A DNA stretch of 64,000 nucleotides from Camelus ferus (GCF_009834535.1 NC_045697.1:19904001-19968000), one strand, 5' to 3'; positions 14,300 through 26,862 are shown, counted from the stretch's first letter. Numbers and translations are program-made. Notes: a model not told the origin generated them from the letters alone.

Positions 14300-15065
14300 C
14301 GAGTCAGACAAGCACCAAAGCCAGATCCTTTTCTCTATCATCAAATTAATTTCATTCAACTCCCCAAATCACAAGGTTTTGAATACGTTTTAACCATAGT
14401 CCTCATGTTTTCAGGGCAGTTAGAATCTTTTTCTTGAAAACAGTTGCTTGCCACCACTAACACTAAAATTTACTACTTGGGGAATTTCTTTTTTTCTTCT
14501 TTTATGGTGGAGGCATTCACTTCACTGGCAAGGTTATTCAATATGTTCAACAAGTGTTTCCATTTTCACAAAAACTATAGTGTCCTTACCACAATCAATT
14601 ATTTGGAAAAATAGAATGAGCCAGTAGCAGTCTTAAAGTCAAACTATCCAAACTTTCTGAGGAGTTTAATATGTGTTGACTCAAAGTCTTGCCTTTAGCT
14701 CTGATTACCCTTTGACTACCCCCGCTCTGGTCTACTTAGATAATCTCCTGTAAAATGTTACCAAACGGCCCTGCTGGACCTTAGGAGATCTAATCTGATC
14801 CATTCGGATATCCTTAAATGATGCCAAGGTTTTACTAAATACCACACTCTTAACATAAATATGCCAGTCATGCTTTTTCTCCATACATCCCACACAGCCC
14901 TTAACCAATCTTCAGTTTGGAGACCTAGTTTTCTGGAAAAGACACCAGGCAAAGACCAACCCTGAGTCTCAGTGGAAGGGACCCAAGCTGTCTCCTAACC
15001 TTCAACACTTCTGTCAGACCAGAAGGATTGCAACTTTGGGTTAGTGTTTCACATTCAAAAACATA
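14300..15065 (+). pseudogene. pol: class I (gamma-like, ERV1) endogenous retrovirus pol integrase remnant
   Basis: Collinear translated blocks: HQINFIQLPKSQGFEYVLTIVLMFSG, GIHFTGKVIQ, CPYHNQLFGKIE*, LKVKLSKLSEE..*LKVLPLAL, NLQFGDLVFWKRHQAKTNPESQWKGP (from 14907), then after a frameshift LLTFNTSVRPEGLQLWVSVSHSK. These correspond to the integrase core and GPY/F C-terminus. Multiple stops and frameshifts. Confidence 0.9.
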
Positions 15066-15199
15066 TAAGGCTAACTCTGAATGGAAATCTACCACAACAG
15101 GAAACTTTAAACAAAGGCTCTTTTGAGAGCCCCCAGAACCAGACAACAGTGAAAGAGACTGCTTTTCCATGGCCCATCAAACAGGCAGATGGCATCAAG

Positions 15200-16230
15200 A
15201 AGTAATCAGCTTCTACCCAAGAAGCTGGAACAGGATCCTCCAGGACTCCCCTACTACTGCCATCTTCCCTCTGTCTCCTCTTCATCATATTTCTTCATCT
15301 TTTTCTTTTAATTGAAATATAGTGAGTTACAGTGTGTCAACTTCTGGTGTATAGCATAATGTCCCAGATTTCTTCTTTTTCATCAACTTCTAACTGAAAC
15401 CTCCCCTTATTGTTCAATATCCTTGGATGCCTTTTTCCCTCACTTTCTGTTGACCTCCCCTCCAAAGTGGAGAACAGAACTTCCTCATTCAATTTTCTCA
15501 AACTATTGCTCCCACTCTCAATCTCACTGGTCAGTTGCCCCCAGCCTGACCCACAGAAACAACATTTAATGGCCTTCCTCTCAGCACATAGCAGGGAGAT
15601 TTTCCTCTTGATGGCCCATATTGGTATATAAACTGCTTCCACCTCTTCAGGCTCAGTTTCTTGCCGAGTAATAGCTAGACTTTAACTCTTCACATAATGG
15701 ATGCTTCTCTTGAAATCTCCAAACTCTGTGACTCCTCTTCCCTAGGTTCAGATATTGGAAAAACACAGAGGTGCTTTCATTTCTGATAACCACCATTTCT
15801 TCCTTTACCACTTCAGTCAGCCTTACAGCCTTCGTTCAGTTCTGTGCAGACTCTGGCCTCCTGAGGTTAATCCCAAACATTATATACCAGTCATTGCCTG
15901 TGGCCCTCCACATGTCTACTTTTGGGGAGGTTAACAAGCTTATACCTGCCTTTCCCACACCAGTCCCACACCGTGTCTTTGGACTCCTTGACCAGTATTT
16001 CCCCATACTAAGTCACCCCACCTGTTGACCATGTGTCCTTCTGGGTACTTAAATGAACACCTCAAAGGGAAGCAACAGTGGGGTACCTGGGAGAAGTCCC
16101 TGGAGGGGATCACTGGCTCTCTTTATTTGCACTTTAAAAACCATAATTCTATTATTAAAACTAGTTAGAAAATGTGGTTAAAAACCTTGCTACCTGTTTG
16201 GCTGGAACCTTTGACACTGTCAAAGGATAG
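15200..16230 (+). pseudogene. env: ERV1 env remnant (SU and start of TM)
   Basis: Lies directly downstream of the integrase. Blocks QNFLIQFSQTIAPTLNLTG (~15475), CGPPHVYFWGG*QAYTCLSHTSPTPCLW (~15899) and LENVVKNLATCLAGTFDT (~16165) resemble gamma-type SU N-terminus, SU C-terminus and TM heptad, in the right order. Confidence 0.7.
15297..15367 (-). mobile_element. extremely 5'-truncated younger L1 3' end inserted in the ERV
   Basis: TTTTAATTGAAATATAGTGAGTTACAGTGTGTCAACTTCTGGTGTATAGCATAATGT is homologous to 30162-30230. Candidate TSD ATTTCTTC (15289-15296 / 15368-15375). Confidence 0.75.
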
Positions 16231-18559
16231 TGATTCTTGACTTCCCATTCATGAATTGAACCTTTGAACAGGAATTGAACAGAAATGAAGCTTTTATCAT
16301 AATACTTTATAATAATAAACGAGTAGAAGCAAATACCTCACTCAGATCAAATCACATTACTCTGTTAGACTGGTACTTGGGGGCACTATTTCTGACAAAA
16401 AAATGGATCTATTTTTCAAGGGTTTTTTTTTGGACAAGTAAGAAGATCACACAAGAGTGTGGCCTTTTGAAAGCAATCTTCACACCATAACTTAAGATTA
16501 ATATTATTAGTAATATTCAGTTGTCCTAAATTAGAACAGTTTGAATGTAAATATCTACAGTTCTGTTATTGTAATCAGATACTGCTTTTTCAGAAGTGAA
16601 ATTAAGATGCCACAGAAAGCTTGCTGGCCCAAGATGAAAACTATTCATGAAGACATTTCTTGAATTTTTAAGCTAACATCCAGTTGATAAAGAATAAAAA
16701 AGTATTTCTTTATTTCTGTTCTTGTATAACAAGTGTGTATTAAATTTGGCCCAAACATGACACAGAGAACGTCTTCAACAAATAATAAAACCTACTTGAG
16801 AAGCAGCATTGCATAGTTTTGAGATCTTTAGTCACAGCAAACAGTGCTTAATCTGGTTTCTTTATTTTTTAAGATTTTTGAGAGTTTAATTGTTTATAGT
16901 TCAGCAGAGGTCAGAGCATTTCTTTGTGGTATGTCTATATATGTGGTAAAGCCTTAGCCCATTTACCCTTTAATGTAGAGGTTTATTTATAAAAGCTTTC
17001 AAGCAGAATTGAAGTACCAATAATATCAGCTTCCTTTTTTCTGCTCTTCAGGAACAGTGGTAATTCAAGGGAAGGTGGTTTGTTGTAGAACAAGTGAGTG
17101 CTTGAAATTAGCACGCATTTGTAAATTGGAGCTGAGAACTTAAAGAAACTTTTATCAAGCATCTTTGTAAATCCTATACAACTCTTCAAGTTATGAGTGT
17201 TTCGCGTACCGAGAGTGTTGAAGCTTTCTAACAATGTGCAGTCTGTGTTATCCAGTGCCCGCTGTGACCCTGTCTTCGTGAACACCTAGTCTTTCTCATT
17301 CTCTCTCTGCCACAGTCACACCCACACACTTGTAGATTTATGTTCCCCCTTTCTCTGTTTTCTTCCTTCATCTTTTTCTTTCTCTCTTTTTCTATAGTTT
17401 TGCACTCAAATTTTTATAGATATATTAAGATCAATTTTTCTTTTAAGTTAATAAAAACATTCAAACTATTATGATTGATAGAAGAATGCAACATAAAAAT
17501 TAAGAATAAAGCAAAATAACTTATTTTTATGTCATGGCACCCAGGGTTTTATCCTCATGTGATCACCCAGTCCAAAATCTGTACACTAAGGGCAGTACAT
17601 TCGGGTCCTATTTGTTCATGAGCTTCTAGTGTAAGTTCAAGTCCTCCCAACACATTAAAACCCAAGGAACATCTACCTAACCAGGTCTGTAATTGGCCCA
17701 TGAGGAGGAAAAGTCCTGTATGTAACATATTATTTCGTTTAAACTGTTCAGGCTTTTATTAGAAACCTCAAATGGCAGATAATGAGGATACAGAAATCAT
17801 ACCAGTAATTTGAACAAATAGTGTTAAACGGGGAAAGGAGGATTCTGTGGGGTGCAGAGTAGTGATTGACCAAGCAGTTATTATTCCTAGGCTGAGGGAG
17901 AGTCAACAGGGAAGGAATTTAGGAAATTGAAAAAGAGCCAAGGCCCCAAAACTGATAATCAACCTCTGGGAAGATGAATGACTGCTGCAGAAACATGTAA
18001 CCTGGTGGAAAAGAGACCGGGTGGAGGCTGAGACTTGATCAAACGTCAGAGGGCAGGAGCTGCAGCTGGAATACAAGAGCAGCGGGATGTCTGGTGGAGG
18101 AATGAAAGGGCTGGGCCTGAGCTCTGACGGCTGCCGCTGCAGGCTTGAGAAATTCGTGGAAGGGACAGACCAAGGACACCGGCCACACACGGACACTCTG
18201 GAGGGCTTGCCAGAAAACACACATTGGAGGAAGGAAGGAAAGTCCCTTGTTTTGCCCTGGGCACCCTTCTACACACACATTTGCACTCTTAAGAGCACAT
18301 TTGTACTGTCAGACAACAGTAAAACAACTGTACATGTCTACCTAAGAGGAAGCTGTCCTTCCTATTTGCAAAGCACTGAGCCACTCCCTCGAGTGAAGGT
18401 ACAGATGCCTCCATGTCCTTGTGCCCATTGCTGGTTGTGTTCATGTCTATTCAGATTCATTCACAGTCTCACTGGGTATCCCATCACCTAAAGATTATAT
18501 TATGAAGTTAATATCCAACAACTTCTATAAAATAGCACAAGAAAGAAGGAGAAATATTT

Positions 18560-19700
18560 TCCTACACATGATTTTTAAAAAATCCCATATATTGTCTTCT
18601 AAAATAGGATAATTTTGTGTATGTATTTTAGTATTTAATCTATTCATGTTCATATATAGGAGTCTATGCCCACTAAAAAAATCTTTTAAAATTATTGATC
18701 TCATGTAGATTTTCAATTTTATTTTCATAGAGTTGTTAAATCTGTTTCTTTGTTTCTTACTTGTTTGCTTTCTTCTTTTCTTTTTCTTTCCTAATGTTCC
18801 TAGCTAACTTTACTAATTTCTGTTACTAGTTCCTTGCAGACATTTCTTAGATTTGTATTCATGCGTGAACCCATTTCTGGACTGTCTCTATTTTTTATAA
18901 AATTATAGTCCCTAATAGTTTGTTGATTTATATTTACTTTTATTCAAAGAATCAGCTTTTTGATAAAATTTTTTCTTTCTAGCTTATTGTCTAATTCTTT
19001 TAATTTTATTAAAGATTTTATGTAGTTTTTTTTTACCCCTTTTCTTATATTGTTCTTCAAGCTTGTTTGAACTTTTTTTTTTTCTTTTACTGATACGAAT
19101 ATTTAGTGCTTTGAATTTTCTTCTGAGCACTTCCTCAGCTATTACCTAAAAATTCTCTTGGGTTAGAATTTCCTTATCTTTACAGTCTAGGACATCCATA
19201 ATTTTATCCTGGACCCAAAATTGTTTAATAAGAAATCTGTCTACCAATCTGTCTAGCTAGCTAGCTATCATCTTCCGAACAGAAAGTTTTAAATTATTTA
19301 ATAGTTTATTGCATTGTGTTCAGAAAATACTGAATGTTATTATTTCTCTTTTTCTAAATTTAATTGCCTTTGCCTTTCTGGCCCAATATATCTGCCTGGA
19401 CAGTTTTGGTAACTATTCCATGTGCCGTTGAAAAGAACTGCTTTTTTTATTTTCAGTGTAGAGTAGGTAATAGATACATCAGGTTTGAGGATGTATGGTT
19501 GTGTGTGCACATGTGTTACATTTACCTTATGGACTGTCTTACTTAGGTTCTCTATATTTTCATGCTTCTAAAGTCTACTTGAATTATCTAAGACTGATAA
19601 CTGTTACTGGTGTGTCTTTTTCTCTGTTTTCCTGTTCCCTCCTATAGTTTCCACTGCATGAAATTTGCCGCTGAGCTATTTCAAAAAATCTATCCTGCCA
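18560..19700 (-). mobile_element. very old L1 fragments (L1M-like)
   Basis: T-rich with antisense L1 motifs: CCATTTCTGGACTGTCTCTAT, TTCAAAGAATCAGCTTTTTG, TATTTAGTGCTTTGAATTTTCTTCTGAGCACT, TATTCCATGTGCCGTTGAAAAGAA. Confidence 0.5.
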
Positions 19701-20029
19701 CTGTGATCCTGGCTGGAGATATTTTTATATTGATTTTTGTGTTTTGTAGGAAATAGTGCACATTAAAATTTTTTTTTATATTTGTAACCTCACATTTTAA
19801 GCTGTGTTGTATTGAAAATGTTTTCCCTTTCTACAGTGATCTGAAATATTTTCTCTCATATGTTAAAAATTTCCATTTATATGGGTAAGCTCTAGGCTTT
19901 CTTTTCTATTTAATTATCAATTTATCTGTTCTGCAAAAGCTCACAGTATAAATCCCACAGCATCTAACAAATTATTACTAGTTTATTATAAATACCTTCA
20001 CTCCTCGGGCTTATCTGTTAACATTTTCT

Positions 20030-20460
20030 AAAGTCACGTTTTGTGAGCTTTCAGCAGATAGAGGCTAATTCTCCGCCTTTTGAATCTGGATAGGCTTTGG
20101 CTTGTTTTGGTCAAAATAACATGGTGCAAGCAGCATTGTGGAATTCTGAGGCCAGGCCTCAAGCAGGCTCATCTGTTCTCTCTCTCAGAACACTGCCACT
20201 GAAATGTGTGCACAGCCACGCCCACCTGCTGGGTAAGGAGAGATACAAGGCTCCGGCAGCATTGCTGCCCCAGCCAATAGCCGACTAGCCGTTGATTCAG
20301 CAGTTGACCCAGGATGTATCAGTCAGCTCAACTCAGATCAGCCGAGTGTGCCGGTTCAGCTGAACTTCCTAGCTGACTCCTGTACTCACAATTAAGAAGA
20401 CATCTTTGCTTCAAACCGCTAAATGTTGAGGTGGGTTTAACTCTGCAATAGATTAATATA
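20030..20460 (+). mobile_element. ERVL-MaLR solo LTR (MLT1G/H-like)
   Basis: CCTTTTGAATCTGGATAGGC..TTCTGAGGCCAGGCCTCAAG.. and 3' end TTCAAACCGCTAAATGTTGAGGTGGGTTTAACTCTGCAATAGAT. Confidence 0.7.
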
Positions 20461-20479
20461 GTAAAATTTAATTAGTGTT

Positions 20480-21000
20480 ATTTACCAAACTTTTGTGCTT
20501 TGCACAATTTCTTTTTTAAATTTAAAATTTGTTTGACTATTTAAATAAAATGGCATAAAACATTAGTTCATGTTTTCCAAAAGCTTTGACATACGCCTTT
20601 CTCATCTAAGATTTAAATAAGCTGGAATTGATTTTTCGTGTAACATGTGAGATTGGTCCCCAATTTAATTTTTTTAATATGGAGAGTTAATTGTCCCTGC
20701 AAGATTTATTGAGGATTTCTTTACCCATGTGTAATGCTACCTCTTTTATATATTAAATCTCTGTATAAGTTTTGGGCATTTTTGGCTTCTCCATTTTGTT
20801 CTATTTATTCTTTATTTTTCTGTTCCTACGCCAATAACACCACCCACCACCACCCTACTGTTCTTGCTGTTTTGAGCCATTTTATTCTATACATAAATAC
20901 AGAATTAGTTTATCGAGTTCTTCAAACAATCCTGGTGTCATTTCGGTTGAATATGAATCACATTAATTATGAAAATGTTGCTGTTGTTCCAATTGCCTTT
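20480..21000 (-). mobile_element. old L1 ORF2 fragment
   Basis: CTGGAATTGATTTTTCGTGTAACATGTGAGAT..AATTGTCCCTGCAAGATTTATTGA..GTAATGCTACCTCTTTTATATATTAAAT. Confidence 0.55.
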
Positions 21001-21289
21001 TAGCTTTTAGAAACAAATATGTTTGATATTTGTTTCCTGGTCAGTTTCTCAAGATTTTTTCTTACCTGTATTCCATGTGTGCTTAAAATAAGTTATATAC
21101 CAAAATATTTTTCATTTATCATTCATCTTACTAGTCCTAAGTTTTTCTTAAAAATGCAATTTGTCACATATTCCAAGAAGCATGTTTGGTCATCTACTTT
21201 ATTATTTACATATCCTCTACTTAATGCTCCTGGTGCTAGCAATTTGCCTGTTTCTTTTCTTATTCATTCTTTATTTCTCCTTGCTTCTC

Positions 21290-21550
21290 ACCTGCATTTT
21301 AGAGAATCATATTTCAAAGGATGGATTTACAGTTGGCTTCCAAGTAGGTCCAGCCAATGAGAAGAGAGAAGCAGCATGTATTTTCATCTCTTCTTCTGTC
21401 TCAGCAAGCAATTCCGATGTGGGCTCTTTCTGGCCTCTGTAACTCTAGTTATTTCTCTCCATACTCTCACATCCCAGCAGGCCACTCTCCTCTCCCTGAA
21501 TGTGGTTCTAGATCTCCCCAGTTGGCGCTGGTTTCTGGGGTATCCTTCTA
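21290..21550 (+). mobile_element. possible ERVL LTR33-like fragment
   Basis: TTGGCTTCCAAGTAGGTCCAGCCAATGAGAAG resembles the LTR33 5' half; weak match. Confidence 0.35.
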
Positions 21551-21652
21551 ACCTTGATTTGGATGTGGCTTTCTGATGCTTTTAATAGCAAGGCTATCTC
21601 ACTGAAACTCTTGGTTATTCAGTGCAGTAACCAGCTGACTATTCAAATCTCT

Positions 21653-21862
21653 CTGTTGAAGATTAATTGACTGTGGGTGTGTGGGTTTGTTTCTGGGCTC
21701 TCTGTTCTGTTCCATTGATCACATGACTGTTTTTGTGCCAAGACCATACTGTTTTGATTACTGTAGCTCTGTAGACTATTGTCTGAAGTCTGGGAGGGTT
21801 ATGCCTGCAGCTTCATTCTTTTCTGTCAGGATTTGCTTTGGCAGTTCTGGGTTTTTATGATT
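21653..21862 (-). mobile_element. relatively young internal L1 ORF2 fragment
   Basis: TGTGTGGGTTTGTTTCTGGGCTCTCTGTTCTGTTCCATTGATC..TACTGTTTTGATTACTGTAGCT; homologous to 42450-42660 in this window. Confidence 0.85.
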
Positions 21863-21864
21863 GA

Positions 21865-22092
21865 ATGTTCCTATCAGTTTATGGCTCCAGTGGTTTTTGC
21901 AGGAGAAAAGGAGATCTCAGCTGTGACTGTGGATCCTCCTCTCTCTTCAGACTTCAGGGATGGCAGTTTATCTAGTGACCTCAGTTATCTGATAGGTCCA
22001 AGGAAAACTGAGTTTTAGTTTATTTGGATTTTTTCTTGTTATAAGTGTGGGAGTGATAGTTTCCAAGCTTTTTATATTTTGGAGGTCTAAGC
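21865..22092 (-). mobile_element. old L1M 5' end
   Basis: GTGACCTCAGTTATCTGATAGGTCCAAG..TTCTTGTTATAAGTGTGGGAGTGATAGTTTCCAAGCTTTTTATAT resembles recalled antisense L1M 5'-UTR termini. Confidence 0.6.
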
Positions 22093-22172
22093 CTTTTTTT
22101 GATAACTTACATTTGCCTTTCACGAATGACAGGAATATATGTGAACTCTGTATCACTTGGTGGAATGAAGAA

Positions 22173-22482
22173 TGTTGTTAAAAAAAATCAGTAAACAGAA
22201 ACTTCAATTAAATAGGTTTAGGAGACCATAAAGGGGAGCTCTCACAGCCCAACAAGAGGAAGAAAGACTCTCCTTTCTTGGCAAGGACTCACCCAGTGAA
22301 AAACCATGGACTTTATTTACTGTAGCTCTCCCAACTTCCTTTTTCCCTCTATGAAAGAATTTTCTTTCCCTTGCATGTGGCTCACTATGGTTGCAGACCC
22401 AGGATTGTAATTCTCTGCTGATCATGAATAAACCCAACTTTGCTGGAGAAATATTTGGCAGGCAGTTGTTTTAGGTCCACCA
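22173..22482 (+). mobile_element. ERV1-type solo LTR
   Basis: Begins TGTTG and ends ..GGTCCACCA. Contains degenerate CCAAT-like (CCAGTGAAAA) and TATA-like (CTATGAAAG) elements, then AATAAA at ~22427. Resembles a recalled cetartiodactyl LTR. TSD not resolved. Confidence 0.7.
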
Positions 22483-23021
22483 TATCTTCTACCAGTGGGC
22501 GTTATGCTAGGACATTGACCTTTATATAAAACTGCTTCTTTTACTTGGCATCTTGTCAGTCCAGCAACACAGCTGTATCTGTGTTATTCATGTTATTCAG
22601 CCTGGGAAAGACTGTGGCATGCTACTGAATTGAGCTTCGGATCCACATCCTTTGAGAAAGCCTATGGGCTCATTTCTATGACTGGTATTGGAGAGTTAGA
22701 TGGCACTAAGAATTAAATATGCATTTCATCAGCATAGCAACAGTAGTGGCCAGTGCCCAATAAACCCACATTTTCAGGTAAGATTTCCCTAAGTTTAACA
22801 CCTACATAGTGTGTGCTACAGAGAATTTATGGAATCAGAGATTAGAAGCAATGCCTTTACAATCCAGTTCCACAACATACTAGCTGGAATGTTGCTAAAG
22901 TAAATACTCTGTTTTACTTAGGGGCTTGTTGATTTCCCTTTCTCAATTCTTTTAACCTCTCTGTAGCATTTACCTCTTTTAAAAGACTTCCTTCTTGGTA
23001 TTGCATGATCCCAATACCTTT

Positions 23022-23465
23022 TTGAATCAAAGTCTAATCTGAAAACAGAAACCACTACTAGTATTTGTAATAAAGGGATTTTACTGCAGGAAATGGATTA
23101 AAATGCTGATAGAAAAGCCAAAAGCCAACAGGAGACAGAGGGGCGACCCAGAGATTTACAAAAGCCAGAAGCAACCACCACCACAAGGGTAAAGAAACAA
23201 AGGATTTTGTGGTGGTTTAGAAGCTTGAAATACAGCAGCTGGTAGGAGTAGCTGGAACCCTACAGAGAGGAGGAGTTGATTGAACCTGGTAGTGGGCAGT
23301 CTGCCTGAGGCTTGAGAAGATAGGAAATCATCTTGAAAGGGCTCAGACTGTCTGTGTTCGGAGAGCCAACCTGGGGGATGTAAGTGATTGATTTGAAGAC
23401 AAAGATGCCCCAAAATACCACACTTTCAGCTCTGACTTTCCCATGTCTTTTGTTGGCTCCCTATT
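23022..23465 (-). mobile_element. ERVL LTR33/LTR41-like solo LTR
   Basis: GAAAACAGAAACCACTACTAGTATTT..GGCGACCCAGAGATTTACAAAAGCCAGAAGCAACCACCACC matches antisense LTR33-group motifs. Confidence 0.6.
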
Positions 23466-24329
23466 AATTTATCATTCCTTTTAGTCTTAATGCTTCATAG
23501 ACTTTCAGTCTCGGTCATCTTTCTCCCTCTACACACTGTATTGACTACGTTGGCATCTCACTTGCTCCCGTTGTTTTCACTACTTCCAAATGCTGATACC
23601 TCCCCAAATTGTGCCTTGACCGAAAATCCCGTTACCAAACCTTGGACGTCCTTCCAGCACCTCAAAAATAATTTGTTCAAAACTGAGATCTTGTGTTTTT
23701 ATCTTCACCTGATACTCTTTCCAAACTCAATTAAATGCCTCTTTTGTTTGCTTATTCTCTTTTCTCACTACTTTTGCCAAAGTTTAAGGCACACTGTTTT
23801 CCCTTTGGGTCAATCTTATAGTCTTCTAGCCTCCATTCTCTTAATGTTGAAATCTGTCTTTCATTTTATTTTCCTAATCTTTCTATATCCTCATTCTGAT
23901 TAAGCTACTCTGTTAAATACCATATTTTTTGTGATTTCCCATTGTGCCAGTATGGCTGCAGCCTTACTGATGCTTTTTCTTTAGATTTTCATTAAAACTC
24001 TTATACTATATTAAAATATTTAAATTTCTCCAAGAACATTGTTTTTGTAAGTCCCATATTTTTGCACATGTTTTTCCCTTACCAGTCATATTTTTTCCCT
24101 TATTATTTACCTACCTAATTCCAACTTGTCCAAGAAGATACATTTTAATTGCATTTTCAAGGAAGGGTTTTCAATCTATATGTTAATATCTACACATCCT
24201 CTACGTCACACCCCTGGTGCTGGTTATTTTCCTGTAAACTTTCATATCTTTTTAAAAATTTTTCCCTGGCTCTGATCAATATTCCAGGAAACCATGTAAC
24301 TCTGTTGCCGTCATCAAGAGATAAATCTG

Positions 24330-24615
24330 GCATTGACTTCCTTGGTAGCCCTAATTCCAGCTGTATTATTCCATCTTCAATGGTTTCAAATTCCATGATT
24401 CCATCTCCCACTGTGGTATATTGACTCCTACCAAATAGATTTTGAGCTCTGATGTCACCACAGCTTCCCCTTGTCCCTTCAGCTCTGTTTTGGTAGTGGC
24501 TTCCTGTGCTTTAATATCTGTTTAGCTTCCTAGTTCTTTAATCACTAGCATAACCAATTACTTACATTAAACTCCCCCTACTTGAATGACATAAAGTGTT
24601 TTCTGTCATCCTAAA
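24330..24615 (+). mobile_element. ERVL LTR33-like fragment embedded in L2-like sequence
   Basis: CCCTTCAGCTCTGTTTTGGTAGTGGCTTCCTG..CATTAAACTCCCCCT. Confidence 0.55.
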
Positions 24616-26774
24616 TACTTGCCCAGCCCTTAGACGTACCTTGCACATTGAGTGCGACAGTAGTGTGTTCAGTGGTTTGTCTTCCTCTCTAGGCTGCCAC
24701 CTTCGTGGTGGAGAGTTCTGCGTCTTATTCATTTCTGTATCTCAAGTCTTGGGAAATTTTATACCCACCATGCTTAGCAAAACTTCTGGTTTTAAAAATT
24801 GTATAGATACTATCTTAAGTTTTTATTCATGGACAGCTTCTAAATTCTTTACTTATTTTTTTTTTTCAAAATACATCACTAGTCAAACTTGAGAGCACTG
24901 TTTCCTATCTGTGTCCCACCCCCTATGCCAACTTCCTGTGAAAGGTAACGTCACTTTACCCCATTGCTCCAGCTCACATTTTGTAGTTCAGTCCCTCTGA
25001 CCTCTGCCCCTGATATTTCATCTAGAATTTCCCTTTTTTTATGCTGAGGGAATTGTCCTCCCTTTACCCAGGTCAAATGTCACATTTTCTCTAAAGCTTC
25101 TGAAGAACAAGTTTTTTCTTCCTTTTATATTAAAGTATCATTGTGTAAGTACAGAACTCATCAAAACATTTATCAGTCATACACTATACACCATCAACAC
25201 AGATAATACACTTTGTCCATGAACAAGTAATTTTGAGTATTATAAGTGGAAGTTGGCTTTGGCATTTTCACATTCCATTTCTCATGGAATTTTCTTCTCT
25301 TAAAAGTAAGGATTGTCTGTTGAATTTCATTAGATTCCTCCACAGTGTTCAGCAATGTTTTGTTACCCTTACTTGCTTAATATTTATTGAAATATTTGAC
25401 CACCTTGTGGATAAATGCCCTGGGCTAGATACAGGTCATAATGTGCTAAATGATGCTGTATCGTCAATGGCCTGATCGTATATCAGGGCAAGGCAATATT
25501 TTATATTGTAGTGATACATTCTTGTAAATGCAACGTGTTCTGCAAATGTAACACAATTTAAAACAAGAAATTTATATGTGAAACAGAGCCGCACGGTCTA
25601 TAATGGTCTTTTGGTTGAAGAAGTGATGTGCGGCACTGATGTTGGCAAAAGATGACTTCAAGATAAAAGAGGGAGGGAGAGAAGGCGTTTTTATTTCATT
25701 TACTCATCTATTTACTCATTCAGTAACACTCAGCACTCATTGGATGTCAAAGATTTATACAGACAGTGATTAAAATAGTCAAAATAGCAGTGAAGAGAAC
25801 CTAAAAAAAGGATGACCCTTAAATAATTATCTATGAATCAGTTATGTTCAATTACTATCAGTGTGGCATGCAGAGAGCATGTCTAAATATAACTCATGCT
25901 TATTAACAAGAAAGACAATTTTGTTTCTTCAGTCTTTTTCTTTTTTTTTTAGTTTTTATGCTGCCGCTCTCATTATGCCATGAATTTTGCCAGTAACATT
26001 TATTCACGTATTAAGAGACAGACTGCAGCAGTGTTGGTTATTTTAAGAGCACCCACCCATTCCAGTGCAGGTTTTATGCTTTATTATTGTTCTTTGTGGG
26101 GCTGCGGAAAGCACTCTGACTTCAACCTCAGTGAGACCGGGCCCATTATATGGTAATATGCACCCTGAAGGGAATTATAGTGCAGTCCGGTCTTGACCTT
26201 CTTCAGCATGTGGTGTAGGCTAGCATACAAAAATGAATAAACCAAGGAGCTTACCACTGGAACTTAAACTTTGCATTCTACATGGTGTGCATTTGACTCC
26301 AACGCTGTGCGTTAAATCACTGGAACTGGATCTGATTCATATCTCTGCCATCTTAACCTAATTACCCAACAATTCTGTAGCCAGGTAATTCTTCTTAACT
26401 TTATTGTGATTAAAAATTTTATCAATTTCAAAATGACTGTATGGTCTGAAGGAAACAAGAATTTCTGGCTATCTGAAGAAGCTATGGCTAAATTCTTCAG
26501 CTGAATTTTGGATTTTCTAATGTAACTTCTGGAAAGCTATGTAGTATCAGAGAAAGTATATCAAGCCAAGGGGAAAGAAATAGTAGCTTGGCTTTTGGAA
26601 AGATGCCTAAGAGTAGATATACATAATAAGATTCCAGAGGAGCTTCAATCAATAAAGCAGACTGATAATGCTATTCTGATGTTACTCAGCTTGACATTTT
26701 TCTCTAGTCTTTTACTAGAGGGACATAGATTTGCCAAGAGAGAGGTTCCTCTGTATTTAAAATTTACCTACGAT

Positions 26775-26862
26775 CCCTTTCCTTTCTTTTCCCTCCCCCC
26801 CTACCTTCCTTCCTTCCTTCCTTCCTTCCTTCCCTCTTTCCTTGCTTGCTTGCTTCTTTCTC
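26775..26862. repeat. polypyrimidine (CCTT)n/(GCTT)n simple repeat
   Basis: Seen directly in the sequence. Confidence 0.9.

Noticed and set aside
22173..22482. Solo LTR as the missing 3' LTR of the ERV at 14.3-16.2 kb
   Set aside because: It is ~6 kb away, separated by older unrelated repeats, appears less decayed, and has no matching 5' LTR.
23490..23903. Longest ORF (137 aa)
   Set aside because: Leu/Ser/Phe-rich translation of pyrimidine-rich, L2-like decayed sequence; no recognisable domain or splice context.
25584..25638. Inverted repeat CAGAGCCGCAC / GTGCGGCACTG, suggestive of a snoRNA or pre-miRNA
   Set aside because: The interior does not pair, and C/D boxes are not correctly placed inside the stem.
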